35,218 bases of DNA, taken from positions 1-35,218 of the forward strand of contig JALWTZ010000433.1 of the NCBI GenBank assembly GCA_026993285.1, written 5' to 3'. Shown here piece by piece: positions 1 through 10,517 of the stretch. The translations under genes and the position numbers were made by a program. Each line of letters begins with the position of its first letter. Within the stretch, counting starts at the first letter, position 1. The notes below the pieces were generated by a model. It saw nothing but the letters and a program-made list of their open reading frames with translations. It was not told the DNA's origin and searched no databases. This stretch comes from Lysobacterales bacterium (GTDB taxonomy: Bacteria; Pseudomonadota; Gammaproteobacteria; Xanthomonadales; S139-57).

Positions 1-433
1 GCAAGACCAGCCGATACTGGAACACCTGTGCGGCAGCCGTGGGGAGAATGCGCAATTCATGGACGGCCAGACCGGGGTTTTGCACGCTTTCGGCCATGAG
101 GTTGTTGAAAAACAGCAACTCGTTATGTGCCTGATCCAGTTGCCGATTCACCTCCGCCATCTGCTGGCGCAGATCCTGGATGGCGGCTGCACGGACTTTC
201 TCCTGCTGTTGCAGGTCGATATTCTCTTCCCGGTAACGCTGGTTGTCCTGTTCCAGCCGATCCACCTGCAGCGACAGGGTACGGACCTGCTGGCGCAAGG
301 CTTGCAGCTGAGCCGAGTGGTAGAACCAGCCCAGCCCCCAGCCGGAGAGAAACAGCAGCAGCGCCAGTCCATAGAGGCCCAGCCTGCGCCGGCGCACGGC
401 TTCCGGGCGATGGGGCTTGACCACGAACTTCAT
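1..433 (-). CDS. hypothetical membrane-anchored coiled-coil protein (partial; C-terminus lies beyond window start)
   Basis: Absent from the ORF track because it has no stop inside the window. The reverse-strand ATG at 433 overlaps the hslR stop (ATGA at 430-433). Hand translation gives MKFVVKPHRPEAVRRRRLGLYGLALLLFLSGWGLGWFYHSAQLQALRQQVRTLSLQVDRLEQDNQRYREENIDLQQQEKVRAAAIQDLRQQMAEVNRQLDQAHNELLFFNN..., open to position 1. It has a basic N-terminus, one TM helix and a Q/L/R-rich coiled-coil-like segment. Confidence 0.5.
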   Translation of the reverse strand, partial: MKFVVKPHRPEAVRRRRLGLYGLALLLFLSGWGLGWFYHSAQLQALRQQVRTLSLQVDRLEQDNQRYREENIDLQQQEKVRAAAIQDLRQQMAEVNRQLDQAHNELLFFNNLMAESVQNPGLAVHELRILPTAAAQVFQYRLVL

Positions 434-819
434 CGCTTGCCCCGCATGGCTTGCAGCTGGCGACGGGATTTCTTGTCCGGGCGATGGTCCGGCGCCGGGC
501 GGCTGTGGTATTCCATGCGCCGCAGGGCCTGTTCCCGCTCCCGCCGCTGGCGGCTTTCTGCCGTTTCCTCGTACAGGGTTTGCGCAACTTTTGCGGGGCC
601 GCGTTGTTCTGAAAGCGCCAGTACCCGTACGGTAAAACGCTCCAGGTTACGCTGGATTTCCAGCATTTCTCCACCCTTGAGCAGCTTGGCCGCCTTGGCC
701 CGCTGGCCATCACAGTGCACCTTGCCGCCGTCCACGGCCGCCCGGGCCAGGGCGCGCGTCTTGAAAAAACGCGCCGCCCACAGCCACTTGTCCAGCCGCA
801 CACTTTCTGTCGCGGTCAT
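430..819 (-). CDS. hslR: heat shock protein 15 (ribosome-associated, S4-domain RNA-binding protein)
   Basis: 129-aa ORF. RLDKWLWAARFFKTRALARAAVDGGKVHCDGQRAK and the C-terminal tail APDHRPDKKSRRQL closely parallel E. coli Hsp15. It lies downstream of htpG. Confidence 0.9.
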   Translation of the reverse strand: MTATESVRLDKWLWAARFFKTRALARAAVDGGKVHCDGQRAKAAKLLKGGEMLEIQRNLERFTVRVLALSEQRGPAKVAQTLYEETAESRQRREREQALRRMEYHSRPAPDHRPDKKSRRQLQAMRGKR

Positions 820-916
820 TCAGGCCACTCCGGGTATGCACATGGGCGGCATTGTAGCAGGGCGCCGGAAGCCTGTGCCGGCCCGCGCGCCCTGCCCCGC
901 CGTGATGCACGCGGGT

Positions 917-2845
917 TTACTCGCCGCTGTCGGTCGCCTCGCCACGGTTCAGTTGCAGCAGGATGCGGTTCATGCGCCGCACGAAACCGGCCGGGTCGTC
1001 CAGCTGCCCGCCTTCGGCCAGCAGGGCCTGTTCAAACAGCAGGTGGGCCCATTCGGCAAATTCGGCGGTGTCTTCCAGCCCCTTCATGCGTTGCAGCAGC
1101 GGGTGCAGCGGGTTGATTTCCAGCCGCGGCTTGCTGGCGGGCATGCCGTGGCCGGCCTGCTGCAGCAGTTTCTGCATGTGTACGGCCATTTCGTGCTCGT
1201 CCAGCATCAGGCAAGCCGGGGAATCTTCCAGCAGATGACTGACCTTGACCTCGCTGACCTTGTCTTCCAGCGCCTGCTGAATGCGCTCGGGCAGGTCGTC
1301 GGCGGCCTTTTCACGCGCCTCGCGCTCGGCCTTGTCCTTTTCGTCTTCCAGCTTGCCCAGATCCACTTCACCCTTGGCGATGGACTGGAAGGGCTTGCCC
1401 TCGTACTCGCGGAAGTAACCCATCATCCACTCGTCCACCCGGTCGGTGAGCAGCAACACTTCGATGCCCTTCTTGCGGAAAGCCTCCAGGTGCGGGCTGT
1501 TGACAGCTGCCTGCCAGCTGTCGGCGGTCAGGTAGTAGATTTTTTCCTGCTCCGGCTTCATGCGCGAGAGGTAGTCATCCAGCGAGACCGTTTGTGCGTC
1601 GTCACTGTTATGCGTGCTGGCAAAGCGCAGCAGCTTTGCAATCTTGCCCTGGTTGGAAATGTCCTCCACGATGCCTTCCTTGAGCACCTCGCCGAAATTG
1701 TTCCAGAAGGTGGCGTATTTTTCCGCATCGTCTTTCGCCAGCTTGGCCAGCATGTCCAGCACCCGCTTGATGATGCCGGCACGGATGGATTTCACCAGCT
1801 TGTTCTCCTGCAGAATCTCGCGGGAGACATTCAGCGGCAGGTCGTCGGAATCCACCACCCCGCGCACGAAGCGCAGGTACATGGGCAGCAGTTGTTCGGC
1901 CGCGTCCATGATGAATACCCGGCGCACATAGAGCTTGAGCCCCTTGCGGCCTTCATCCCGGCTCAGGAACAGGTCGAAGGGAGCCTTTTCCGGCACATAC
2001 AGCAGGGTGGTATAGCTCTGGTTGCCTTCCACCCGGTTGTGCGACCAGAGCAGCGGGTCGGAAAAATCATGGCTGACATGCTTGTAGAATTCCTTGTATT
2101 CCTCGTCCTTGATTTCATTCTTGGGCAAGGTCCACAGGGCCCTGGCCTCGTTGACCACTTCCCATTCGTCATCGGCATCCTCCTCGCCGCGCTTGCGCAT
2201 TTCGATGGGGAAGCCGATGTGGTCGGAATAACGGTGGATGATGTCGCGCAAGCGGAAATCATCGAGAAAGTCCTTGTCTTCCTCGCGCAGGTGGAGAATC
2301 ACCTCGGTGCCCCGGTCGGCCTTTTCCGCGGGCTCCAGGGTAAACTCGCCCTGGCCGTTCGATTCCCAGCGCCAGGCCTCGTCGCTGCCGGCCCGGCGGC
2401 TGATCAGGGTCACCCGGTCGGCAACAATGAAGGCGGAATAAAAGCCCACGCCGAACTGGCCGATGAGCTGGGTGTCGGCCTTCTGGTCGCCGGTGAGGGA
2501 TTCGAGGAACTTGCGCGTGCCGGAACGGGCAATGGTGCCGATGTTGTCGATGATTTCTTCCCGGCTCATGCCGATACCGGTGTCGCGGATGCTCAGGGTA
2601 CCGGCATCCTTGTCGAAATCCACCCGAATCTTCAGTTCGGGCTGGTCGCCATAGAGCGACTCGTCGGCCAGGGCCTCGAAACGCAGCTTGTCGCAGGCAT
2701 CCGAGGCGTTGGAAATCAGTTCACGCAGAAAGATCTCCTTGTTGGAGTAGAGGGAATGGATCATCAGATCCAGTATCTGGCGGGCTTCCGTCTGGAAGGC
2801 ATGGGTTTCTTTCTGCTGCTTGAGATCTGAGCTTTCCACTGTCAT
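917..2845 (-). CDS. htpG: molecular chaperone HtpG (Hsp90 family)
   Basis: 642-aa ORF with GHKL ATPase motifs ([36 protein letters not shown]). Full-length Hsp90 architecture. Confidence 0.97.
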   Translation of the reverse strand: MTVESSDLKQQKETHAFQTEARQILDLMIHSLYSNKEIFLRELISNASDACDKLRFEALADESLYGDQPELKIRVDFDKDAGTLSIRDTGIGMSREEIIDNIGTIARSGTRKFLESLTGDQKADTQLIGQFGVGFYSAFIVADRVTLISRRAGSDEAWRWESNGQGEFTLEPAEKADRGTEVILHLREEDKDFLDDFRLRDIIHRYSDHIGFPIEMRKRGEEDADDEWEVVNEARALWTLPKNEIKDEEYKEFYKHVSHDFSDPLLWSHNRVEGNQSYTTLLYVPEKAPFDLFLSRDEGRKGLKLYVRRVFIMDAAEQLLPMYLRFVRGVVDSDDLPLNVSREILQENKLVKSIRAGIIKRVLDMLAKLAKDDAEKYATFWNNFGEVLKEGIVEDISNQGKIAKLLRFASTHNSDDAQTVSLDDYLSRMKPEQEKIYYLTADSWQAAVNSPHLEAFRKKGIEVLLLTDRVDEWMMGYFREYEGKPFQSIAKGEVDLGKLEDEKDKAEREAREKAADDLPERIQQALEDKVSEVKVSHLLEDSPACLMLDEHEMAVHMQKLLQQAGHGMPASKPRLEINPLHPLLQRMKGLEDTAEFAEWAHLLFEQALLAEGGQLDDPAGFVRRMNRILLQLNRGEATDSGE

Positions 2846-2879
2846 CGCTTCCTCGTTGGCGGTTTGGAACTGCCCCTAC

Positions 2880-2908
2880 AGATGAGGGCGGGGCCACGGC
2901 TTTTCAAG
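2880..2908 (-). promoter_or_regulatory. sigma32 (heat-shock) type promoter for htpG
   Basis: The minus strand reads CTTGAAA (2908..2902), a 13-nt spacer, then CCCTCATCT (2888..2880), against the consensus CTTGAAA-N13-14-CCCCATnT. It sits about 35 nt upstream of the htpG ATG, with a GAGGAA Shine-Dalgarno between them. Confidence 0.5.
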
Positions 2909-2984
2909 CACGCAGGCCGCGGGGCATTGAAAAGAAATCAATGGTAAAATCAGCGGTTTGTCCTTGCGAAGCAGCAGGCTTGTC

Positions 2985-5825
2985 ATGGAATCCATACGCA
3001 TACGCGGCGCGCGCACCCATAATCTGGCCAACATCGACGTGGACCTGACCCGGGACCAACTGATCGTGATTACCGGCCTGTCCGGCTCCGGCAAGTCCTC
3101 CCTGGCCTTCGACACCATCTATGCGGAGGGCCAGCGCCGCTATGTGGAATCCCTTTCCGCCTACGCGCGCCAGTTTCTCTCCATGATGGAAAAGCCGGAT
3201 GTGGACCACATCGAAGGGCTGTCGCCGGCCATTTCCATCGAGCAGAAATCCACCTCCCACAACCCCCGTTCCACCGTGGGCACCATTACCGAAATCTACG
3301 ACTACCTGCGCCTGCTCTACGCGCGGGTGGGCACGCCCCGCTGCCCGGAGCACGCGGTGGAGCTGGCAGCGCAGACCGTCAGCCAGATGGTGGACCAGGT
3401 GCTGGCCCTGCCCGCTGACCGGCGTTACATGCTGCTGGCCCCCATGATTCGCGGCCGCAAGGGGGAGCATGTGCAGCTGTTCGACCAGTTGCGCGCCCAG
3501 GGCTTTGTGCGGGTGCGGGTGAACGGTGAGGTGATGGATCTGGACCAGGTGCCGGAACTGGAACTGCGCAAGAAGCACCATATCGAGGCGGTGGTGGACC
3601 GCTTCCGCATTCGCGAGGATCTGCAGCTTCGGCTGGCGGAATCCTTCGAAACCGCCCTGCGGCTGGCCGACGGCCTGGCCATGGTCATGGACATGGACGA
3701 CCCACAAGCCGAGCCACTGCTCTTTTCCGCCCGTTTTTCCTGCCCGCACTGCGGTTACAGCCTGGAAGAACTGGAACCTAGGCTGTTTTCCTTCAACAAC
3801 CCCGCCGGCGCCTGCCCGGAATGCGATGGCCTGGGGCTGACCCGCTTTTTCGACCCGGAACGGGTGGTACAGCACCCGGAGCTGAGTCTGGCCACCGGTG
3901 CCATTCGCGGCTGGGACCGGCGCAACGCCTTCTACTACCAGATGTTGATGGCCCTGGCCAAACATTATGATTTCGACCTGGAAACGCCCTTTCAGGAACT
4001 GCCCGAGGCCATTCGCCAGGTCATTCTCTACGGCAGCGGTGAGGAGAACATCCGCTTCCGCTACCTCAACGACCGCGGCGGGCGCTACGAAAAGGTCAAG
4101 CCCTTTGAAGGCATCATTCCCAATCTGGAACGCCGTTACCGCGAGACGGAATCCTCGCTGGTGCGGGAGGAAATGAACAAGTACATCAGCCAGAAGGCCT
4201 GTGACCACTGCCAGGGTGAACGGCTGAACGAAGCGGCCCGCCATGTGTTTGTGCAGGGCGTAAACCTGCCGCAGGTCACCGCCCTTTCCATCGAGGACGC
4301 GCTGGCGCATTTCCAGCAACTGACCCTGCCGGGCTGGCGCGGGGAGATCGCCGGCAAGATTCTCAAGGAGATCCGCGAACGGCTGCAGTTCCTGGTGAAT
4401 GTGGGGCTGGATTATCTCACCCTGGACCGCCAGGCCGACAGCCTCTCCGGCGGCGAGGCCCAGCGCATCCGCCTGGCCAGCCAGATCGGCGCCGGCCTGG
4501 TGGGCGTGATGTATGTGCTGGACGAGCCTTCCATCGGGCTGCATCAGCGCGACAACGACCGCCTGTTGAAAACCCTGTTCCACCTGCGTGATCTGGGCAA
4601 TACCGTCATCGTGGTGGAACACGACGAGGATGCCATCCGCTCCGCCGACCATGTGCTGGACATCGGCCCCGGTGCCGGCAGCCACGGGGGGCGCATCGTG
4701 GCCCAGGGCAAGCCGGAAGACATCGAAAAACACCCGGAATCCATTACCGGCGCCTTTCTCTCCGGGCGCAGGCACATTCCCGTGCCTGAACGCACTCCGG
4801 CCCCGCCGGAAGCACGCTGGTTCCATCTGCGCGGCGCGCGGGGCAACAACCTGAAATCGGTGGACCTGGCCCTGCCCGCCGGGCTGTTTACCTGCATCAC
4901 CGGCGTTTCCGGCTCGGGCAAGTCCACCCTGATCAACGATACGCTCTACCGGCTGGCGGCGCGTGAACTGAACCGGGCCAGCAGCCAGCCGGCCCCCTTC
5001 GACCGCTACGAAAACCTGGATCTGTTCGACAAGGTGGTGGATATCGACCAGAGCCCCATCGGCCGCACGCCCCGTTCCAATCCGGCCACCTATACCGGCC
5101 TGTTCACCCCCATACGCGAGCTGTTTTCCGGCACCCAGGAAGCCCGTTCACGCGGCTACAAGCCCGGTCGCTTCAGCTTCAATGTCAAGGGCGGGCGCTG
5201 CGAGGCCTGCCAGGGCGATGGCGTGATTCGGGTGGAAATGCATTTTCTGCCAGACATCTATGTACCCTGCGATGTCTGCAAGGGGCAACGCTACAACCGG
5301 GAAACCCTGGATATTCGCTACAAGGGCAGGAACATTCACGAAGTGCTGCAGATGACGGTGGAAGAAGCGGTGGAATTCTTCCACGCCGTACCGGCCATTC
5401 ACCGCAAGCTGGAAACGCTGATGGACGTGGGGCTCAGCTACATTCAACTGGGCCAGAACGCCACCACCCTTTCCGGCGGCGAGGCCCAGCGGGTCAAACT
5501 GGCCAAGGAGCTTTCCAAGCGTGATACCGGCAGCACCCTCTATATTCTCGACGAACCCACCACCGGCCTGCATTTCCACGATATCGAGCAACTGCTGGCG
5601 GTGCTGCACCGCCTGCGTGATCACGGAAATACCGTGGTGGTTATCGAGCACAACCTGGATGTCATCAAGACCGCGGACTGGATCGTGGATCTGGGCCCGG
5701 AAGGCGGAGCCAAGGGTGGGGAGATCCTGATCGCCGGCACACCGGAGGAAGTGGCCGCCTGCCCGCGCTCCCACACCGGCCGCTTCCTCCGGCGCATGCT
5801 GCCGGCACTGGCGGAAACGGCCTGA
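2985..5825 (+). CDS. uvrA: excinuclease ABC subunit UvrA
   Basis: The track ORF is 2958..5825. The start is placed at ATG 2985 ([21 protein letters not shown]...). Two ABC modules are present (GLSGSGKSS and GVSGSGKST Walker A, two LSGGE signatures) along with CxxC zinc modules. Confidence 0.97.
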   Translation: MESIRIRGARTHNLANIDVDLTRDQLIVITGLSGSGKSSLAFDTIYAEGQRRYVESLSAYARQFLSMMEKPDVDHIEGLSPAISIEQKSTSHNPRSTVGTITEIYDYLRLLYARVGTPRCPEHAVELAAQTVSQMVDQVLALPADRRYMLLAPMIRGRKGEHVQLFDQLRAQGFVRVRVNGEVMDLDQVPELELRKKHHIEAVVDRFRIREDLQLRLAESFETALRLADGLAMVMDMDDPQAEPLLFSARFSCPHCGYSLEELEPRLFSFNNPAGACPECDGLGLTRFFDPERVVQHPELSLATGAIRGWDRRNAFYYQMLMALAKHYDFDLETPFQELPEAIRQVILYGSGEENIRFRYLNDRGGRYEKVKPFEGIIPNLERRYRETESSLVREEMNKYISQKACDHCQGERLNEAARHVFVQGVNLPQVTALSIEDALAHFQQLTLPGWRGEIAGKILKEIRERLQFLVNVGLDYLTLDRQADSLSGGEAQRIRLASQIGAGLVGVMYVLDEPSIGLHQRDNDRLLKTLFHLRDLGNTVIVVEHDEDAIRSADHVLDIGPGAGSHGGRIVAQGKPEDIEKHPESITGAFLSGRRHIPVPERTPAPPEARWFHLRGARGNNLKSVDLALPAGLFTCITGVSGSGKSTLINDTLYRLAARELNRASSQPAPFDRYENLDLFDKVVDIDQSPIGRTPRSNPATYTGLFTPIRELFSGTQEARSRGYKPGRFSFNVKGGRCEACQGDGVIRVEMHFLPDIYVPCDVCKGQRYNRETLDIRYKGRNIHEVLQMTVEEAVEFFHAVPAIHRKLETLMDVGLSYIQLGQNATTLSGGEAQRVKLAKELSKRDTGSTLYILDEPTTGLHFHDIEQLLAVLHRLRDHGNTVVVIEHNLDVIKTADWIVDLGPEGGAKGGEILIAGTPEEVAACPRSHTGRFLRRMLPALAETA

Positions 5826-5840
5826 AGGCCTTGCCTCCCC

Positions 5841-6950
5841 TCAGGGAGCGGGTTCCTCCACCACCCGCTTTTCCAGATAGGCCCGGCCCTGTTCCATGAT
5901 GCGCACAAAGGCCGCTTCATCCTGGCTGCGAATACTTCGCAACAGTTGTGCCAGCGCCTGTTCCAGCCCCTGCAGGGCCTCTTCCCGGTAATCGTTCAGC
6001 GTCTGGATTTCAAAGTAGAGATGGGGGTTTTCTCCCGCCACCCGGGAAGCCACCGCCAGTTGCTGGTCGAAAGTGGTACTGGACATGCGCGCCAGCTTGT
6101 CCGCCGACTCGCCGCTTTCGGCCAGGGTAGAAAAAAACAGGATGTTGATGGCATGGGAAATGCCCAGCACATAGGCAATCAGCCGGTCGTGCTCTTCCAG
6201 GCCCATGTCCACCTGCACCGCCATGGTGGAACGGAACAGTTCATGGGTGACGGCATTGGCCCGCTCACAACCCAGATCGATGAAAATCACATGCTTGCCG
6301 GAAAGCAGCTGGGCATCCGGGCCAAACATGGGGTGAATGGAACTGACCTGGCAGCCAGCCGCCTTCAAGGCCAGCAGGCCCTCGCGCACCGGGCTTTTCA
6401 GCGAAGCCAGATCGAAGACCACGCCTGCCGGCTTGCGTTCGGCCAGTTGCAGCAAAATTTCCCCGCTGGCCTTCAGCGGCGCGGCCACCACGATCAGGTC
6501 GTGGTCCAGCTCCAGTGCCTGCCAGTCACTTGCTACCCCTGCCTGGCCCGCTCCGGCCGGGTCGGCCACCTCAACCTGATAACCCTGGTTACCGAGAAAG
6601 GCAGCAAACCAGCGCCCCAGCTTGCCCAGGCCGCCGATCACCAGCGCCCGCCGGCCACTGCCACTGCCCTGAGCCATGACCATTTCCTGTTCCTGCCGGG
6701 TGAGCGAGGAGCGAATCAACAGCTGCATCAACTGCTCGGCCACCTGCGGCGGCAGGCCGAAACGTTCCGCGTTGGCGCGGGCGGTGTCGATGACCACCTT
6801 CTCCCGCTGATAATCCCGCGTGCCCCGCCCCTGGCGTATCTTGCTCTGCCCGATCTCCCCCACAATACGCTGCCGCTCGGCCGCCAGCCGGATCAACTCG
6901 GTATCCAGCCCGGTCAAACGCGCACGCAGTTTTTCCAGTTCTTCTTGCAT
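5841..6950 (-). CDS. tyrA: bifunctional chorismate mutase / prephenate dehydrogenase (T-protein)
   Basis: 369 aa. The N-terminal AroQ chorismate mutase helix pattern (LRARLTGLDTELIRLAAERQRIV) is followed by a Rossmann GGLGKLG and the HPMFGP motif, co-linear with E. coli TyrA. Confidence 0.88.
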   Translation of the reverse strand: MQEELEKLRARLTGLDTELIRLAAERQRIVGEIGQSKIRQGRGTRDYQREKVVIDTARANAERFGLPPQVAEQLMQLLIRSSLTRQEQEMVMAQGSGSGRRALVIGGLGKLGRWFAAFLGNQGYQVEVADPAGAGQAGVASDWQALELDHDLIVVAAPLKASGEILLQLAERKPAGVVFDLASLKSPVREGLLALKAAGCQVSSIHPMFGPDAQLLSGKHVIFIDLGCERANAVTHELFRSTMAVQVDMGLEEHDRLIAYVLGISHAINILFFSTLAESGESADKLARMSSTTFDQQLAVASRVAGENPHLYFEIQTLNDYREEALQGLEQALAQLLRSIRSQDEAAFVRIMEQGRAYLEKRVVEEPAP

Positions 6951-7195
6951 GAGATGACATCACCCTTGGCTCTGAAACCAACAGAGTGTAGTGCATCCGT
7001 CGAGTGCCTCAATATGCAGTTGTCGATAGCAAGCCCATAGGGCTCTTCAGGAGCAAATGCAAAAAAATTACACTTCTGCACTTTTATATATCTATAGATA
7101 AAACAAACAGTTATGGTGCAACTTGTGATCGACATCTCTTTTCCAGGATCTCCATACTTTTATGATCGCGAGGAATTTGCCAAGGAAAAGCTCCG

Positions 7196-8944
7196 ATGTC
7201 TCTTTTCGCACGCCATGTTCTCAACCGCCTGAGCTTTGGACCCACAACCAGCAGCATGAATGCATTTCAGAATGCAGGTAGTACCGATAGCCAGCGGTTG
7301 CAAAATTGGCTCAACGACCAACTGAACTGGCAAGCGGTCAGTGACACCAGTTTTCAGAATCAGCTCAATCAACATTCCTACCAAACGTTGAACTGGCCTC
7401 TTGCCACTGCCTGGAACAACCTGCGAACCAACCGTGCCGATGGCGTGGATTACCGTATGGCCAATCGGGAAGCCGTGCGTTTCAAGCTGGCCAGGGCCGT
7501 GCACAGCAATCGACAGTTGCTGGAAGTGTTGGCGGATTTCTGGCACGACCATTTTTCCCTTAATGGCTGGGATGGCTACGCCATCTACACCCTGGTCAGT
7601 TGGGACCGGGATGTGATTCGCCCGGACAATAACCCGAATCGTACTGGCCATATCTTTGGCAATTTCCGCAAGATGCTGGAACTGTCTAGCCAGCACCCGG
7701 CCATGCTCTACTACCTGGACAATTACATCAACACCAACAACAGCCCCAATGAGAACTACGCTAGGGAAATCATTGAGCTGCATACCCTGGGTGCCATGCA
7801 CTATGTCAGCCTGGGTAACCCAAATTCCATTCCCCGCATCACGGTCAATCTGCCCTGGGGCCCCGGCGGCAGTGATATCGCCGTGGACATCGCGGAAAAC
7901 TATGTGGATGACGATATCTACGCCGCCATGCGCATGCTCACCGGCTGGAAGGTCAAGGACAACGAGAACAACGAATCTTCCAACTTTGAAAATACTGGCG
8001 AGTGGTACTTCTACGAAACCTGGCACGACAAATTTGAAAAAACCATTCTGGGCTATCACTGGCTCAGTTTCGAACCCGCGCCGGCAGATATCTACCAGTT
8101 TCTTGACCTGATCGGTTATCACCCCGGTACGGCCCTGCATATTGCCAGCAAACTGTGCCGCCGTTTTGTATCTGAAAGCGCTGCGGACCTGGCCGGTATC
8201 CAGCCTGGAGACCTGTTGCAGACACCGGCACCCAACGAACCACTGGTTTTGCGCGTGGCCAGAACCTTCTACAGCAACCGCTACGCAGACGATCAACTCA
8301 GCCAGACCTACCGTACCTTGTTCCTTTCACCGGAATTCATGGATATGAACAATGCCGGAGGAAAACTGAAACGCCCGTTCGAGCTGGTTGCCTCAACCAT
8401 GCGCGCGAGCATGAGTGATTACTTCCCCCAATATGTACCTGGGAGTATCTACGACGAATCCTATCGAATTCTGGAAGACAATCTGTATTACGCCGGCAAT
8501 CGTCCCTTCAACTGGGCAGCGCCCAACGGCTACCCTGACAAAAACGACTATTGGGAAAATCCGGTGACCCTGATCAAGGCCTGGCGGACTATTGATTACA
8601 TGTGCGATCAGAACTCGAACGGCAATTACAATGTATTACCCATCGTTCAGGTTACACAACAGAATCTACAAGCGGCAGATCAGACACCGGAGAAAATAGT
8701 TGCATTCTGGCTGAAACAGTTGCTGCAGTACGAACCTACCGGTGGCTGGATTGGCACCAGCCTGCATACCAAGCTACTCTGGTTCATGACCCACAGACCC
8801 GACTCCAACGTTGACCCCTCCGTCTGGCCTGCGGATTACCCCATCCCCGACATCAGCAGCAACAACTCTCCTCACTACTGGCATGAACGCCTGCGTGGCC
8901 TGTTCAAACTCATTGTGGCCAGTCCGGAATTCATGGTTCGCTAA
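7196..8944 (+). CDS. DUF1800 domain-containing protein
   Basis: 582 aa. HVLNRLSFGP near the N-terminus, FWHDHFS and ELHTLG motifs are typical of DUF1800. AAGGAAAAG Shine-Dalgarno is present. It is followed 11 nt later by its usual DUF1501 partner. Confidence 0.8.
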   Translation: MSLFARHVLNRLSFGPTTSSMNAFQNAGSTDSQRLQNWLNDQLNWQAVSDTSFQNQLNQHSYQTLNWPLATAWNNLRTNRADGVDYRMANREAVRFKLARAVHSNRQLLEVLADFWHDHFSLNGWDGYAIYTLVSWDRDVIRPDNNPNRTGHIFGNFRKMLELSSQHPAMLYYLDNYINTNNSPNENYAREIIELHTLGAMHYVSLGNPNSIPRITVNLPWGPGGSDIAVDIAENYVDDDIYAAMRMLTGWKVKDNENNESSNFENTGEWYFYETWHDKFEKTILGYHWLSFEPAPADIYQFLDLIGYHPGTALHIASKLCRRFVSESAADLAGIQPGDLLQTPAPNEPLVLRVARTFYSNRYADDQLSQTYRTLFLSPEFMDMNNAGGKLKRPFELVASTMRASMSDYFPQYVPGSIYDESYRILEDNLYYAGNRPFNWAAPNGYPDKNDYWENPVTLIKAWRTIDYMCDQNSNGNYNVLPIVQVTQQNLQAADQTPEKIVAFWLKQLLQYEPTGGWIGTSLHTKLLWFMTHRPDSNVDPSVWPADYPIPDISSNNSPHYWHERLRGLFKLIVASPEFMVR

Positions 8945-8955
8945 GGAGGCCCACA

Positions 8956-10245
8956 ATGAGCAGAATCACAAGACGCGCATTTCTCAAAGGTACCAGCTTT
9001 GGTTTACTCCTGCCTTCCATGGCCGGTCAACTGTGCTTCAGCCTGGGTTCAGCCCGTGCTGCAGCCAAGGGGGTGGGTGGCCAGAAAACCCTGGTCTATC
9101 TGTTTTTCCGTGGCGGCATGGACACCCTGAGCTGGCTGGTACCCATCTCCGGTCAGAATCGCGTGGAATATGAAAGCAAGCGACCCAATATTCGCGTACC
9201 ACTCACCGGAAACGATGCGGCAGTTCCATTAGACAATGCCTTTGGCCTCAATGCCGGCGCCAGCGCCCTGACCAATCTCTACAACATGGGCAGTGGGGCC
9301 TTTATTCAGGCCTGCGGCATGCCTTCCGGAACGGGTTCACGCAGCCATTTCGAGTCCATGCGTTTGTTTGAAACCGGTACCATTGGCGGCAACAATCAGA
9401 TCACCGGGTGGCTGGCCCGTTATCTGGATACGTCCCCTTCCCTTTCTCCCAGCGCCATCTTCCCCAGCCTCACGCCCGGCGTATTGCCGGATGCACTCAA
9501 GGGCAGTACCCAATCCGTGGCCGTGGACGACCCGTCCAATTTTCACCCCAACAGCGGGCGTTATGGTGATGAATATCTGACTACCCTGAACACACTTTAC
9601 GATGGAAACACCTCCCTGGATGCAACCGTGCGCACGGCAGTGGATACGGTCAATCAACTGGAAAACAGCAACCTGACGGTTCCTGCCAGCTACCCCAATA
9701 CCTCACTGGCTCAAGATCTGGGCCTGGTTGCCCAGGTCATCAAGGGCAACTATGGCCTGGAGGTAGCCACCGTGGATTTTGGAGGCTGGGATACCCACGA
9801 AAACCAGGGCAACAACGGTGCAGGCTACTTCCGCGACCGAATTCGTACCGTCTCCGAGGCGATTGACGCCTTTTTTGCCGATTTGGCTGCCAGTGGTTTG
9901 ATGAATGATGTGGTGCTGGTTACTCAAACCGATTTTGGCCGCCGGGTACGGGAAAACGGTAACCGGGGTACTGACCATGGTACCGGTCAAGTTATGTTCG
10001 TAGCCGGTGGTGCCGTACAAGGTGGACAAATACTGGGCACTTTCCCCGGCATTGCCGACGAACAGCTCTATTTGAATGCCGATCTGGCCGCAACAACGGA
10101 CTACCGCACGGTACTCAGTGACATCGTGGTCAATTTCATGGGCAACCCCAACATCCAAACCATATTCCCGGGCTATACCGGCAGAGACGGCTTGGGGTTG
10201 TTTCCCACCGAGCGCATCTTCAGCGACGAGTTCGAGTCGCTCTAA
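8956..10245 (+). CDS. DUF1501 domain-containing protein (sulfatase/alkaline-phosphatase-like fold, Tat signal)
   Basis: 429 aa. It has a twin-arginine signal (MSRITRRAFLKGTSFGLL) and GGWDTHENQ and GTDHGTG motifs. A strong TAAGGAGG Shine-Dalgarno lies 7 nt upstream. Confidence 0.85.
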   Translation: MSRITRRAFLKGTSFGLLLPSMAGQLCFSLGSARAAAKGVGGQKTLVYLFFRGGMDTLSWLVPISGQNRVEYESKRPNIRVPLTGNDAAVPLDNAFGLNAGASALTNLYNMGSGAFIQACGMPSGTGSRSHFESMRLFETGTIGGNNQITGWLARYLDTSPSLSPSAIFPSLTPGVLPDALKGSTQSVAVDDPSNFHPNSGRYGDEYLTTLNTLYDGNTSLDATVRTAVDTVNQLENSNLTVPASYPNTSLAQDLGLVAQVIKGNYGLEVATVDFGGWDTHENQGNNGAGYFRDRIRTVSEAIDAFFADLAASGLMNDVVLVTQTDFGRRVRENGNRGTDHGTGQVMFVAGGAVQGGQILGTFPGIADEQLYLNADLAATTDYRTVLSDIVVNFMGNPNIQTIFPGYTGRDGLGLFPTERIFSDEFESL

Positions 10246-10460
10246 CCCTCTACCCTCCCCTTTCCAGCAATCCCGGAACACAAGTGATGTTCCGGGCCTG
10301 GCCTGATCTTGCCCAGAAACCGCAAGCTCCACCAGGGCTTTTCCCCAGTCAACCATGTAGCAACACCACAATCCTGTTCGTACGATCTGCAGATCCATCT
10401 AATGCAAGCCATTGTTTTTTCTTTAATTTCAACATATTTGTATTTTTTCCAATTTATGTT

Positions 10461-10489
10461 TTGCATTTTTACAAAACAGATTGTATAGT
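10461..10489 (+). promoter_or_regulatory. sigma70-like promoter for the EAL/HTH/repeat-protein operon
   Basis: TTGCAT (10461-10466), a 17-nt spacer, then TATAGT (10484-10489), inside a very A/T-rich tract about 30 nt upstream of the ATG at 10518. Confidence 0.4.
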
Positions 10490-10517
10490 TAAAGAAAACA
10501 CTGATGAGAACCTAGGC

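Noticed and set aside
59-2830. 923-aa ORF on the + strand spanning the hslR/htpG region
   Set aside because: It is antisense to two genes with unmistakable homology (Hsp15, Hsp90). Its translation is low-complexity (G/A/L/R/Q/V-rich) with no recognisable motif, a typical stop-free antisense frame in GC-rich DNA.
2927-2950. TTGAAA...TAAAAT upstream of uvrA as its promoter, and a search for an SOS/LexA box
   Set aside because: The spacer is only 12 nt, too short for sigma70. I saw no CTGT-N8-ACAG or other palindromic LexA-type box between 2846 and 2984.
2904-4826. 640-aa ORF on the - strand opposite uvrA (also 5148..5774)
   Set aside because: It is antisense to UvrA, has no motifs and shows GC-rich shadow-ORF composition.
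5946-8296. ORFs 5946..7040 (+) opposite tyrA and 7160..8296 (-) opposite DUF1800
   Set aside because: These are shadow ORFs. The opposite-strand genes carry recognisable family motifs and sensible starts and Shine-Dalgarno sequences.
10272-10296. Hairpin CCCGGAACA-N7-TGTTCCGGG after the DUF1501 gene as a terminator
   Set aside because: The 9-bp stem is perfect but no U-tract follows. It may still be a weak or Rho-assisted stop, and the evidence is not strong enough to list it as a feature.
10284-10517. 5' extension of the EAL ORF (track start 10284)
   Set aside because: The extension runs through the DUF1501 terminator-like hairpin (10272-10296) and the extremely A/T-rich promoter tract, and translates to FFFNFNIFVFFPIYVLHFYK. 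The promoter-like TTGCAT-N17-TATAGT lies inside it. The start was moved to 10518.
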